From the NCBI GenBank assembly GCA_965287045.1, contig OZ336880.1, positions 36,208,001 to 36,272,000 of the forward strand: 64,000 nt of DNA, read 5' to 3'. A program made the translations under genes and the position numbers. The DNA is from Carcharhinus amblyrhynchos. Taxonomy: Eukaryota. Under the pieces are notes generated by a model. It saw nothing but the letters and a program-made list of their open reading frames with translations, was not told the DNA's origin and did no database searches. Shown here piece after piece: positions 12,030 through 24,329 of this stretch (position 1 is its first letter; each line of letters opens with the position of its first letter).

Positions 12030-13325
12030 ACTGTTGATGTATTCTTCCATCACTTGGCTAATGATCAAGTGGAGATTGAGGGGGTGGTAATTAGTCGGGT
12101 TGGATTTGCCCTCCTTTTTGTGGACCAGACATACGTATGACATTTTTTACATTGCAGGGTGAATGCCAGTGTAGTAGCTGTACTGGAACAGCTTGATAAG
12201 GACAATGGCAAGTTCTGAAGTACAAGTCTTTGGTACCATTGCTGGAATGTTGTCAGAAACCATAGGCTTCTTGATATCATATGGATTGAATTGGCTGTGG
12301 ACTGGCATCTGTGATGCTTGAAACCTCAAGAGGGGTTGAGGTGGATCCTCCACGCAACGCTTTGAGCTGAAGATGGCTGCAAATGCTTCAGCCTTGCGTT
12401 TTGTATTGATATACTGGACTCCTCCATGATTGACGATGGGATAATTGTGGAGCCTCCAGTTAGATATTTGTTCACCACAATTCATGACAGAATGTGATTG
12501 GGCTGCACAGTTTAGTTGGTTGTGGCATTGTTTAAATCTGTTCATCGCAAACTTCTTTTGCTGTTTGGCACATAAACAGTCCTGTGTTGTAGCTTCATCA
12601 GGTTGACACCTCATTTTTAGATCTACCTGGTGGTGTTCCAGGCATGACCTCCTGCACTCTTCATTGAACCAGGGTTGATTCCCTGGCTTGATGTTAATGG
12701 TAGAATGGCTGATGTGCTGGGCCATGAGGTTACAGATAGTTGGATACAATCCTGCTGCCTATAATGCTTCATGGATTCCCAGTTTGAGTTGCCAGATATT
12801 TTTGCAATCTATCACATTTAGCATGATGGTAATGCCACACAACGTAATGGAAGGTATCCTCAATGTGAAGATGGGACTTCATCTCCATAAGGGCTGTGCG
12901 GTGCTCACCCCTACTGATATTGTCATGGGCAGATGCATTTGCAAGCGACAGGTAGATTGGTAAAGATATCATGTAGGTTTTTCCTTCTTGCTGATGGCCT
13001 CACCACCTGCTGCAGACCAAATCTAGCAGCTATCTACTGTAGAACTTGCCCACCTCAATCGCAAGTAGTGCTACCAAACAATACCTGGTGATAGAAGTCG
13101 TCCACCCAGAGTACATTCTGTATCTTTGACCCCCTCAGTGCTTCTACCAGTTGGTGTTCAGCTAATTCATCAACTAGAGGTTGGGAGGGTGTTGGTGGTA
13201 ATTATCAAGAGGTTTCCTTGACCATGTCCAACTTGATGCCATGAAGTTAATGTTGTGGAATCAAACAACAACTACCTCCTGACTGTATACCATTGTGCTG
13301 CTACCTCTGGTGGGCCTGGCTTGCC
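12030..13325 (-). mobile_element. Old CR1-group/L2-like LINE ORF2 fragment (endonuclease-RT linker)
   Basis: NIKPGNQPWFNEECRR...KAEAFAAIFSSK...DNIPAMVPKTCTSELA..LFQYSYYTGIHP, a shark LINE family distinct from the canonical CR1 copies. Confidence 0.75.
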
Positions 13326-14049
13326 TTTTTGAGAGCAGCTTTAAGTTATTGAAGCTTCTCATGAATTTGTCCCCTCTGCTCAGTCATTCAGCCACTCAGC
13401 AGTGTGTTAATTGCTGGACTGGGCACTACAATCAGTTGGTGGCTGTCTATATCTGAAGTAATGGGCATAGTTTAATTGTGTATAATTGTAGCCATTTTCC
13501 TCTTGGTACAAAATGTCAACTTTTGTTCCCTGTTAATCAGCTTTCTAGCCATGCTGTTGTATTTCCTCTTCTACCATATGCCTAACTTTTTACAACCTTC
13601 TTTCTGTAAATCGGGTAAGTCATCACATTAAGAAAATTCATATACATTACACCTACTGTATTCTCTTTATATATAATTAGTTACTTCCACATACATTTTA
13701 ATTACGTTTGTTGGCCGTATCTTGCCTTTGATAAATCCTTGTTGCAGTCTTTGTTTGCTCACAAATTATGTATTCTAAACGTTTGCTCATAAATGACATT
13801 TTATTAATTGACTAGCTAGTCTATATTCCTCTCTCGGTTTTTGAGCAGAGATTTGATGTTGACAACCCTGTCATTGGCTATTACAATTTGCATATTTAAG
13901 CAGTACTGGATTAACATATGAATACCTATGATTTCACTGTAGCTCCCAGTATATGTACCATAGTTTTTTTGTAACAGTTTTTACAGAAAAGACTTGTGTT
14001 TTGTATGGTACCCCCATAGCTCACCTGATGAAGATAGCTAGCCCCATAG

Positions 14050-16352
14050 GGGAAAGGAAATTATGATGCGATTAGGCAAGATTTAGGATGCATAGGATGT
14101 GAAAGGAAACTGCAGGGGATGGGCACAATTGAAATGTGGAGCTTGTTCAAGGAACAGCTACTGTGTGTCCTTGATAAGTACGTACCTGTCAGGCAGGGAG
14201 AAAGTGGTTGAGCTAGGGAACTGCGGTTTACTAAAGAAGTTGAATTGCTTGTGAAAAAGGAGACTTATGTCAAGATGAGATGTGAATGCTCAGTTAGAAC
14301 GCTTGAGAGTTACAAATTATGATGTGGAGATGCTGGCATTGGTCTGGGGTAAACACAGTAAGAAGTCTGACAACACCAGGTTTAAGTCCAACCAATTTAT
14401 TTGATAGTAAACTCACAAGCTTTCGAGGTTTACCTCTTCACCTCTTCACCTGAAGAAGAGGTAAACCTCGAAAGCCTGGAGTTACAAGTTAGCCAGGAAG
14501 GACCTAAAGAGAGAGCTAAGAAGAGCCAGAAGGAAACATGAGAAGTCTTTGGCAGATAGGATCAAGAAAAACCCTAAAGCTTTCTATAGGTATGTCAGGA
14601 ATAAAAGAATGACTAGGGTAAGATTAGGGCTAGTCAAGGACAGTAGTGGGAAATTATGCATGGAGTCCGATGAGATAGGAGAGGTGCTAAATGAATATTC
14701 TTTGTCAGTTTTCACACACGAAAAAGACAATGTTGTCGAGGAGAATACTGAGATACAGGCTATTAGACTAGATGGGATTGAGGTTCATAAGGAGGAGGTA
14801 CTTACAATTCTGGAAAGTATGAAAATAGATAAGTCCCCTGGTCTGGATGGGATTTATCCTAGGATTCTTTGAGAGGCTAGGGAGGAGATTGCAGGGCCTT
14901 TGGCTTTGATCTTTAGGTCGTCATTGTCTACAGGAATAGTGTTCGAAGACGGGAGGATATCAAATGTCCCTTTGTTCAAAAAGAGGAGTAGAGACAACCC
15001 TGGTAATTATAGACTAGTGAGCCTTACTCCTGCTGTGGGCAAAATTTTGGAAAGGATTATAAGAGATATGATTTATAATCATCTAGAAAGGGATAATTTG
15101 ATTAGGAATAGTCAGCACCGTTTTGGAAGGGTAGATCGTGCCTCACAAACCTTATTGAGTTCTTTGAGAAGGTGACCAAAGAGGTGGATGAGGGTAAAAC
15201 AGTTGATGTAGTGTATATGGATTTCAGTAAAGCGTTTGATAAAGTTCCCCAGAGTAAGCTACTGCAGAAATTACGGAGGCATGGGATTGAGGGTGATTTA
15301 GCAGTTTGAATCAGAAATCGGCTAGCTGTAAGAAGACAGAGGGTGGTGATTAATGGGAAATGTCCATCCTGGAGTTCAATTACTAGTGGGGTACCGCAAG
15401 GATCTGTTTTGGGGCCACTGCTGTTTGTCATTTTTATAAATGACCTGGATGAGGGCGTAGAAGGATGGGTCAGTAAATTTGCGAATGACACTAAAGTTGA
15501 TGGACAGTGCGAAGGATGTTGCAGGTTACAGAGGGACGTAGATAAACTGCAGAGCTAGGCTGAGAGGTGGCAACTGGAGTTTAATGCAGAAAAGTGTGAA
15601 GTGATTCACTTTGGAGGGAGTAACAGGAAAGCAGAGTACTGGGCTAATGGTAAGTTACTTGGTAGCGTGGATGAGCAGAGAGATCTCGGTGTCCATGTGC
15701 ATAGATCCCTGAAAGTTGGCACCCAGGTTGATAGGGCTGTTAAGAAGGTGTATGGTGTGTTAGCTTTTATTGGTAGAGGGATTGAGTTTAGTAGCCATGA
15801 GGTCATGTTGCAGCTGTACAAAACTCTGGTGTGGCCGCACTTGGAGTATTGCGTACAGTTCTGGTCGTCGCATTATAGGCAGCATTGGAAAGGGTGCAGA
15901 GGAGATTTACCAGGATTTTGCCAGGTATGGTGGGAAGGTTTTATGACGAAAGGCTGAGGGACTTGAGGCTGTTTTCATTAGAGAGAAGAAGAAGGTTAAG
16001 AATATATAGGCATATAAGATGATCAGAGGATTAGATAGGCTGAACAGTGTAAGCCTTTTTCCTCGCATGGAGATGGCTAGTACAAGGGGACATAGCTTTA
16101 AACTGAGGGGTGATAGATATAGGACTGATGTCAGAGGTAAGTTCTTTACTCAGAGAGTAGTAAGGGCATGGAATGCCCTGCCTGCAACAGCTGTGGATTC
16201 GCCAACATTAAGGACATTTAAATGGTGATTAGATAAACATATGGATGATATTGGAATAATGTAGGTTAGATGGGCTTTAGATTGGTTTCACAGATTGGCA
16301 CAACATCGAGGGCCGAAGGGCCTGTACTGCACTGTAATGGTCTATGTTCTAT
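14050..16352 (+). mobile_element. CR1 LINE ORF2 (about 2.3 kb, several frameshifts) with 3' UTR
   Basis: [61 protein letters not shown] and FFTQRVVRAWNALP; CR1 tail at ~16310-16352. Confidence 0.95.
14320..14478. mobile_element. Penelope-like mini-insert with inverted repeat and hammerhead core
   Basis: Flanked by a 13-bp TSD GAGTTACAA(A/G)TTA (14307-14319, 14479-14491). 21-bp inverted repeat at 14419-14439/14455-14475. CTGAAGA-stem-GAAA at 14450-14473. Confidence 0.75.
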
Positions 16353-16950
16353 AGCTCACAATTCTGCCTACTGTCATGTAAGAGTCAGACCAATCAGCAC
16401 AGAAACTGGGATCTTCTCATGCTTTGTGGGTGGGGCTCAGTGCCACAGCGGGTTAGAGCATCTTCCTTTGCAGAGGTCACAGTTAGATTTATTTTGAAAG
16501 GCCTGATAAAGAACAAAGAACAATACAGCACAGGAACAGGCCCTTCGGCCCTCCAAGCCTGTGCCGCTCATGAGCCCAACTAGACTGTTCGTTTGTATCT
16601 CTCTATTTCCAGTCTGTTCATGTGGCGATCTAGATAAGTCTTAAACGATCCCAGCGTGTCCACCTCAGCAACCTTGCTTGGCAGTGCATTCCAGGCCCCC
16701 ACCACCCTCTGTGTAAAATACGTTCCTCTGACATCTGTGTTGAACCTTGCCCCCCTCACCTTGAACTTGTGACCCCTTATGTTTGTCACCTCCGACCTGG
16801 GAAAAAGCTTCCCACTGTTCACCCTATCTATGCCCTTCATAATTTTATACACCTCTATTAGGTCACCCCCTCATCCTCCTTCTTTCCAGGGAGAACAACC
16901 CCAGTTTACCCAATCTCTCCTCATAGCTCAGACCCTCCATACCAGGCAAC

Positions 16951-17960
16951 ATAAGAACATAAGAAATAGGAGCAGGAGTTGGCCATCTAGCCCTTCAAGC
17001 CTGCCCTGCCAGCCTCAAGATAAAAGGGGGGCGGTTTAGAACAGAGTTGAGGAGGAACTTCTTCACTCAAAGGGTGGTGAATCTCTGGAATTCTCTGCCC
17101 GTTGAAGTGGTGGAGGCTACCTCGCTAAATATTTTTAAGACGCAGGTTGATAGGTTTTTGATAAGAGAGGGGATTAAGGGTTACGGGGAGAGGGCGGGAA
17201 TGTGGAACTGAGCCACGACAGATCAGCCATGATCTTATTGAATGGCGGGGCAGGCTCGAAGGGCTAGTTGGCCTACTCCTGCTCCTATTTCTTATGTTCT
17301 TATGCCATTCAATAAGGTCATGGCTGATCTGATGTGGCTCAGTTCCACTTTCCCGCTTTCTCCCCATAACCCTTAATCCCCTTGCCTACCAAAAACCTAT
17401 CTACCCGTGTCTTAAATATATTTAGCGAGGTAGCCTCCACCACTTCAATGGGCAGAGAATTCCAGAGATTCACCACCCTTTGAGTGAAGAAGTCCCTCCT
17501 CAACTCTGTTCTAAACTGTCCCCCCCTTATCTTCAGGCTGTGCCCTCTAGTCCTGTTGTCCTTTCCAAGCGGGAAGAATCTCTCCACCTCTACCCTATCC
17601 ATCCCTTTCATCTTCTTATACGTCTCTATAAGATCCCCCCTCATCCTTCTAAACTCCAACGAGTACAGACCCAGTCTATTTAGTCTCTCTTCATAGTCCA
17701 ACCCCCTCATTTCCGGTATCAGCCTAGTGAACCTCCTCTGCACTCCTTCCAAGGCCAAAATATCCTTGCGCAAGTGCGGCGACCAAAACTACACACAGTA
17801 CTCCAGCTGTGGCCTCACCAATGCCCTGTACAGTTGCAGCAAGAACTCCCTGCTTTTATATTCTATCCCCCTCGCTATAAAGGCCAACATTCCATTCGCC
17901 TTCTTGATCACCTGCTGCACCTGCAGACTGGGTTTTTGTGACTCATGCACAAGGACCCCC
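16951..17960 (-). mobile_element. Young CR1 subfamily B 3' fragment (middle layer)
   Basis: (AACATAAG)n tail at 16948-16965 and the 144-aa ORF RKDILALEGVQRRFTRLIPE...GKWN. Confidence 0.9.
17011..17304 (+). mobile_element. Young CR1 subfamily B 3' end (inner layer, antisense to its host)
   Basis: Nearly identical to 19142-19435; TGCC duplicated at 17007-17010 and 17303-17306. Confidence 0.9.
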
Positions 17961-18099
17961 TGGTAAACATCCTGGTAAACCTTTTCTGTACTCTCTCCAA
18001 AGCCTCCATGTCCTTCTGGTAGTGTGGTGACCAGAACTGGACACTGGAAGATCTCACCTTATTTGTTATCCAGTTTGCTGGACCTCAGTGGTGAATTCA

Positions 18100-19435
18100 G
18101 TGGCATCTTGAGGGGAACTGCTTGATAGAGCAGACGCAGCACGGTTTCGTTAAAGGGAAGTTGTGTCTGACAAATTTACTGGAGTTCTATGAGGATGTGT
18201 CTAGGGCGGTGGATAGAGGAGAGCCGGTGGATGTGGTCTTTCTTGATTTTCAGAAGGCGTTTGACAAGGTACCTCACAAGAGGTTATTGCAGAAGGTAAG
18301 GGGGCATGGAGTTGGGGGTAGGGTGTTAGCATGGATAGAGGACTGGTTGTCAAATAGGAGGCAGAGAGTGGGGGTCAATGGGTGCTATTCGGATTGGCGG
18401 ATGGTGACTAGTGGAGTGCCCCAGGGGTCGGTGCTGGGGCCTCAGCTATTTACCGTTTATATAGATGATCTGGAGGAGGGAACCGAGTGTAGGGTGTCGA
18501 AATTTGCTGATGACACCAAGATTGGTGGAAAGGCAAATTGTGCGGAGGGTGGTGAGAGTCTACAGAAGGATCTAGACAGGCTGGGCGAATGGGCCAGGAA
18601 ATGGCAGATGGAATTTAATGTTGGCAAGTGCGAGGTGGTCCACTTTGGTAGGAATAATGGTAGGAAGGATTATTACTTACGTGGAGAAAAACTGCAGCAG
18701 GCGACGGTGCAGAGGGACCTCGGGGTCCTTGTGCATGAGTCGCAAAAACCCAGCTTGCAGGTGCAGCAGGTGGTCAGGAAGGCGAATGGGATGCTGGCCT
18801 TCATCGCGAGGGGGATTGAATATAAAAGTAGGGAGGTCTTGCTGTGGCTGTATAGGGCATTGGTGAGGCCGCAGCTGGAGTACTGTGTGCAGTTTTGGGC
18901 GCCGTACTTACGCAAGGATATTTTGGCCTTGGAGGGAGTGCAGAGGAGGTTTACTAGGCTGATGCCGGAGTTGAGGGGGTTGAACTATGAGGAGAGGCTG
19001 AATAAATTAGGCTTGTACTTGTTAGAGTTTAGAAGAATGAGGGGAGATCTCATTGAGATGTATAAGATGATGAATGGGATGGATAGGATAGAGGTGGAGA
19101 GACTCTTCCTGCTCAGAAAGGATAGTAGGACTAGGGGGCACAGCCTCAAGATAAAGGGGGTGCGGTTTAGAATGGAGTTGAGGAGGAACTTCTTCACTCA
19201 AAGGGTGGTGAATCTCTGGAATTCTCTGTCCGTTGAAGTGGTGGAGGCTGCCTCGCTAAATATTTTTAAGACGCGGGTTGATGGATTTTTGATAAGCGAG
19301 GGGATTAAGGGTTATGGGGAGAGGGCGGGAATGTGGAACTGAGCCATGACAGATCAGCCATGATCTTATTGAATGGCAGGGCAGGCTCGAAGGGCTAGTT
19401 GGCCTACTCCTGCTCCTATTTCTTATGTTCTTATG
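18100..19435 (+). mobile_element. Young 5'-truncated CR1 subfamily B with uninterrupted RT C-terminal ORF (406 aa, 18122-19342)
   Basis: [27 protein letters not shown] and FADD motifs with no stops; TTCTTATG tail; 8-bp TSD TGAATTCA (18092-18099, 19434-19441). Confidence 0.95.
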
Positions 19436-19949
19436 AATTCACTCTTTGGGTCACTCAACAGAGTTTGAACTTCAGCTGTGATATGAGAGTAGTTTTAGAT
19501 ACTATTGGGTATAACCAGCCTTTGTAGCAACTGAAAGGGACATCTGCATTGAATAGAAACATCTCCCTTCATGTTCTTGCTCTTGGATATTTTTGGCCTC
19601 TAAGCAGTAATGGCACTTACTTTTCACAGTGCCACTCCCATCCTGTGAAGAGCGGTTGCTTCACTGTGGTGGGGCAAAGGAGCCTGCCTTCTCCCATCCA
19701 ATTGTATTGCTGGTGAGGCTACTTGTGTATGTGTTCTGGCCATGGGAACCTACTCAAATAAAGAGGAGTAGCTAACATTTCAATGTCGGTTGAGGCTCTC
19801 CCTGTCTGCTGGCAGCTCAGGTTTGGCTGCCACTGGACACTGTAGCCTTACCTCTTTCTCAAACTCTCTGGACCTAATCATCTCAAACACAAATGTAAAA
19901 TTACTCACTGAACAAGACTAGCAAAGCACCCAGTAGTGTTTCAATTTAG

Positions 19950-20205
19950 GATCATAAGAAATAGGAGCAGAATTAGGCCACTCAGCCCATTGAGTCTCCT
20001 CTGTCGTTCAATCATGGCTGCTATTTTTCTCATCTCCATTCTCCTACCTTTTCCCCATAACCCCTGATCCCCTTATTAATCAAGAACTTATCTATCTCTG
20101 TCTTAAAGATACGCAATGACCTGGCCTCCACAGCATTCTGTGGAAAAGAGTTCCACAGATTCAGCCTTTCTGACTGAACAAATTCCTCCTCATCTCTGTT
20201 TTAAA
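19950..20205 (-). mobile_element. CR1 3' end
   Basis: CATAAGAAATAGGAGCAG tail and CCCCATAACCCCTGATCCCCTT motif shared with other CR1 ends. Confidence 0.85.
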
Positions 20206-20264
20206 ATGTAAGCAACACTAACGCTCACCAAGCCAAATAACAACTTAATATTGCACAAATGGGG

Positions 20265-20625
20265 AGGAGATGTGGTATTGTCACTGGACGAGTAATGTTC
20301 TGGGAATCTGGGTTCGAATCCCACCATGGTAGATAGTGTAATTAGAATTTAATAAAAATCTGGAATTAAAAGACTACCAATGACCATGAAACCATTGTCA
20401 ATTGTGTAAAAAAACCTCATCTGATCTACTATTATCCTATAGGGAAGAAAATCTGCTATTCTTATCTAGTCTGGCCTACATGTGACTCCAAATGCTCTCA
20501 GCATTGCATTTGACTCTTAAATATCCCCTGAAATTCCTTAGCAAACCATTCAGAGAAATTAGGGATGGCCAGTAAATGCTGGCCCAACTAAAGATACCCA
20601 CATTCCTTGAATGAAATGAAAAATT
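20265..20625 (+). mobile_element. LF-SINE-like tRNA SINE
   Basis: GGGTTCGAATCCCACCATGG B-box, GAAACCATTGTC, TCTGGCCTACATGTGACTCCA body, and tail TTAGGGATGGCCAGTAAATGCTGGCC...CCCACATTCC. Confidence 0.65.
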
Positions 20626-21439
20626 GTTAGTGCCATGAGAGGAACATTGTTGTTTGAAGATCCTATCTGAATTAACAGTCCTGTGTTCACAAGCATAGTG
20701 AGAGGGATTACATTGGACTTGGAAACCAATTTTTGTTCCAAAATTTGGGGAGGTCCATTGGGTTGGAATAATTAATGGCCTCTATGTTAAAAAAGGAAGA
20801 AATTCCAGGACAGTTATTTCCTTAACCTGAGCTGTTCTGTGCTAGGGGTGAGTATGCTGCGAGGACTGAGCTTTACTTATATATAAAAAAAACTTATAAA
20901 AGAGTTCAATAGGTCAATTGAGAAAACTTTCAAATGGGACTTTGACTGCCAATGGCTAAATAAGCAGTTGGTAAGCATCATGTTATCCCTTCCAGCTCTT
21001 CTACTCATCCAGTTTTTGCTTTAGTCATTGAACAAGGCAATTACCAGTGTTATTTACAAAAGGGAAGATTCCTCATTGCCAGGCAGGTCAGTGGGTTCAA
21101 TGGCAGATGTTTCCAGTGGATAGATCTCGGCATTTAATACTGAGGTTAGAAGTTCAAGTGTTTTTGCATCTAATTTTTATTACAACTAGTGAACCCCCTA
21201 CAGATTACTCACAGTCCAGGCCTAGAGCACAATTGTAATATGCATCTGCTAATCTGACCTGCTTCTTTAAAGCACAGGTCAAATAAAAAATCTACATTAT
21301 TGCAACTACTTCTAAACTGCTGAGGTTAATCACACAGCATATGAACCTTTTTCCAAATTTTAGGCTCCAGGTCAGTGACTGACTTCCTTTTTTGAATGTT
21401 GTACTTATAGTATCCATGATATATTTTACATCAGATTAA

Positions 21440-21750
21440 GGTGATTAGCACTCACAGCACTAGAGATCCAGGTTCAATTCCAACCTTGATTGTGTGGAGT
21501 TTGCACATTCTTCCCCAGTGTCTGTGTGGGTTTCCTCCAGGTGCTCCAGTTTGCTCCCACAGTCCAAAGATGTGCAGGTTCGGTGGATTGGCTATGCTAA
21601 ATTGTCCCATTGTGTCTCAAGAGGGAATTAATGGAGTAAATCCATAGGGGAATAGGAATAGGGCCTGGGTAAGATGCTCTTGTGTCGAATCAGTACAGAC
21701 TTGATGGGCCAAATGGCCTCCTTCTGCACTGTAGGGTTTCTATGATTTCT
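21440..21750 (+). mobile_element. V-SINE, CR1-type tail
   Basis: Head, V-domain and GGGCCAAATGGCCTCCTTCTGCACTGTAGGGTTTCTATGATT tail. Confidence 0.9.
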
Positions 21751-21904
21751 AAGGTATAATTCCCTTCATATTTATGAAAAAGAATGATTGATTTTACTAA
21801 TAATGTTTATGACAAAGTATTTTGGTTTCAACGAAGATTTAAGCACCATCTCCAAAACAGGACTTGTGCCTGTGTTTTATAGTGGGGCAATTACTAACTG
21901 AATT

Positions 21905-22022
21905 AAAGTCATTGGCTGAAATGTTCATTCTGTTCCTCTCTCCACAGACGCTGCTCAACCTGCTGAGTATCTCCTACATTTCTCTTTTTATTGCAGCTAT
22001 CCAGTAGCTGTAGTATTTTGCC
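21905..22022 (+). mobile_element. Penelope-like terminal fragment
   Basis: CTCTCTCCACAGACGCTGCTCAACCTGCTGAGTATCTCC, a recalled common elasmobranch PLE terminus. Confidence 0.5.
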
Positions 22023-23344
22023 ATTGTACTAGGCACTGTTTTCTATTTTAAAATGAGTGATTATAGAATTGGACAGATGATATTCTGTATCAAAGCTGGA
22101 CTGCAAACTGTAATCTAAAATGTTGCTATTGTGTTGAACAGTTTGTTTTGTGAGAATTTCCCACTTGCATCATTTGCATTGGCCCTGGTCTCTACAACAC
22201 ACAGTTAATGAATGTTGTGAATAACTGCGGGATTAGAGTTTATGCCAATAATGATATTATTGGAATGTTCCAGATAATCCAATAGTTGTTATGGTGACTC
22301 ACAGATTGGACTTTGTAAGAAGCACGTACAATAATCCTTCAATAAATTTACCAGCATGTCATTATATTAACTGATGTTTAAATTAAAATTTGTATTGTGA
22401 GTTTTCTGTTGTGCATCAGAGGTTAAATAAATGGATGGGGAGAGCAAACCTAACACATTAAGTACAAAGTAACACATGATGAATTTGATGGGTTTTGATT
22501 AAAACATTCGGATCTTTCTCAGAAACAGCTTCTGCTTATCTCAAAGTGATACGAGCCTTGAGGCTGAATTTAATTAATAATGAAGCATTGATAGCACACA
22601 GATTGCGTTTGATACACATGACCTAATTTTATTTTGTTGCTTCAGCCTGTCGATGTCGAAGGAGGATGGCTGTCTTTCTTCGTAAAGAAGCAGTTATGAT
22701 TTCAGAATTGCAGCATCAAAATATATGATCCCACATTTTCCTGAACAGCTTGTGTATGTGTGTGTCTTATTGTGTGGGTGTGTTTGAACCTAATCATCTC
22801 ATTGCAGACTGCTAAAAGTAAATGGATTTGAATTTGAATCAGTCCTAATAATATATAATGTGTATGATCAGCTGAAATATGTACATTCAGGACTTGTCAA
22901 AGGCAGTTTGATTCAGACAGAGGGGAAATAAAATGATAGAATTTGGAAAATGTAAAGGGATATAGTGACTTTCTAATGAGACAATTCACTTCAGAAAATC
23001 CCAGATGCGTTAACATTCCTTAGCAGCGGGTTTGAAACCTGAGGATGTCTGTACAGCATTTACATCAGTGAAGCTCAGATGCAGATTCATCTCAGCCTGC
23101 ACCTGAGTAATGTCACTTACACATGACCATCATTATAGGTTTAGCAATGATGATAGAGACTCGCATTGAAAAAGAAGATCTGGTGAGGTTACAACAGATA
23201 TTCATCAAATTGTGGCATTTGTTTGCAAGTCAATGTGCAAACCAATGTAAAATGCGATCCTTTACTATTGAAATCTAGTTTGATAGTGAGCTGAACTGGA
23301 ACATTATATTGCTTAGGTACAGATCTCGCACCTAAAAAATAAAC

Positions 23345-23550
23345 TTTCCAAAGATATGCAGGTTCGGTGGATTGGCCGTGCTGAATTGCCCCTTGGTGTC
23401 CAAAGAATGGAGGTTAGGTAGATTGGCCATGGAAGATGCATGGGGTTATGGGTATAGGGGTAGGGGGCCTGGGTAAGAAACTCTTTTGCAGAGTCAGTGG
23501 GAATCGATGGGCCGAATAGCCTCCTTCTATGCTGCAGGGGTTCTATGGAC
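23345..23550 (+). mobile_element. V-SINE 3' half
   Basis: CCAAAGATATGCAGGTTCGGTGGATTGGCC...GGGCCGAATAGCCTCCTTCT tail. Confidence 0.8.
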
Positions 23551-24329
23551 AATTAACTTCGAATTGAAATGACTAGTGGGGAATTGTGTTATTGATGAGG
23601 ACCTGAGGACAAATTGGTAATGCTTTCAGTTTCAATTTAAATTCCATGGAGCTAATCAGAACTTTAGAGGGTAACAATGTTGGCTTTTTAAATATGCATA
23701 ACCATTAAAAAAGTTCCAATAAAAAAAGAGTAACTTGGACTTTATTAAAAGCCTCGTTAAAACATATTGCCACAAAATTCAGTTCTATAATGTTCATCTT
23801 TTTGGTGCTATTTTGGGTCCAAAATGACATCTGCATCACACACCTACACCTTTGTTGTAGGCTCCATTTTGAATAAGGTTTTTAGCACAGACACAGGGAC
23901 TGTGTTGGGGCATAACCCCCTTAAGGGAATGGCTCATGTGACCTTAGATGTGGGGTGTGTTGTTGGGATTTGCCCAGATTGGGCAGTCGATGTTTGGAGT
24001 GTGGGCCGAATAGACATAATGAAGAACTGTGGAAAAATGAAGAACCCTGACACATGTCTGTGGAATAGTTAAAGAGGAGGAGCCTCAGTGCAACAGAATT
24101 TAACAGTGCACACTTCCTATTCAGAAGAGTAAGAAGATTGCTAACTGGTCTGCGTGTAATGCTAATTTGACTCTAGCAGTTTTTTTTTAATCTCAGTTAA
24201 CTTCCTTTCTTAACCTGACACAGCTGAACATGCTCAGCACCAAGAAAGCTTCTCCCAGTGACGCTATTTAAAGGGATGATCAGGTTAACTGCACATTGAT
24301 ATTTATTGGTTGCTTCTAATATAGTCAAC

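Larger units (their letters stand above)
16507..18045 (-). mobile_element. CR1 3' fragment (outer layer of nest; halves 16507-16950 and 17966-18045)
   Basis: YKIMKGIDRVNSGKLFPR...FTQRVVGAWNALP. The sequence GGCAAC|ATCCTGGTAAACC resumes after the insert. Confidence 0.9.
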
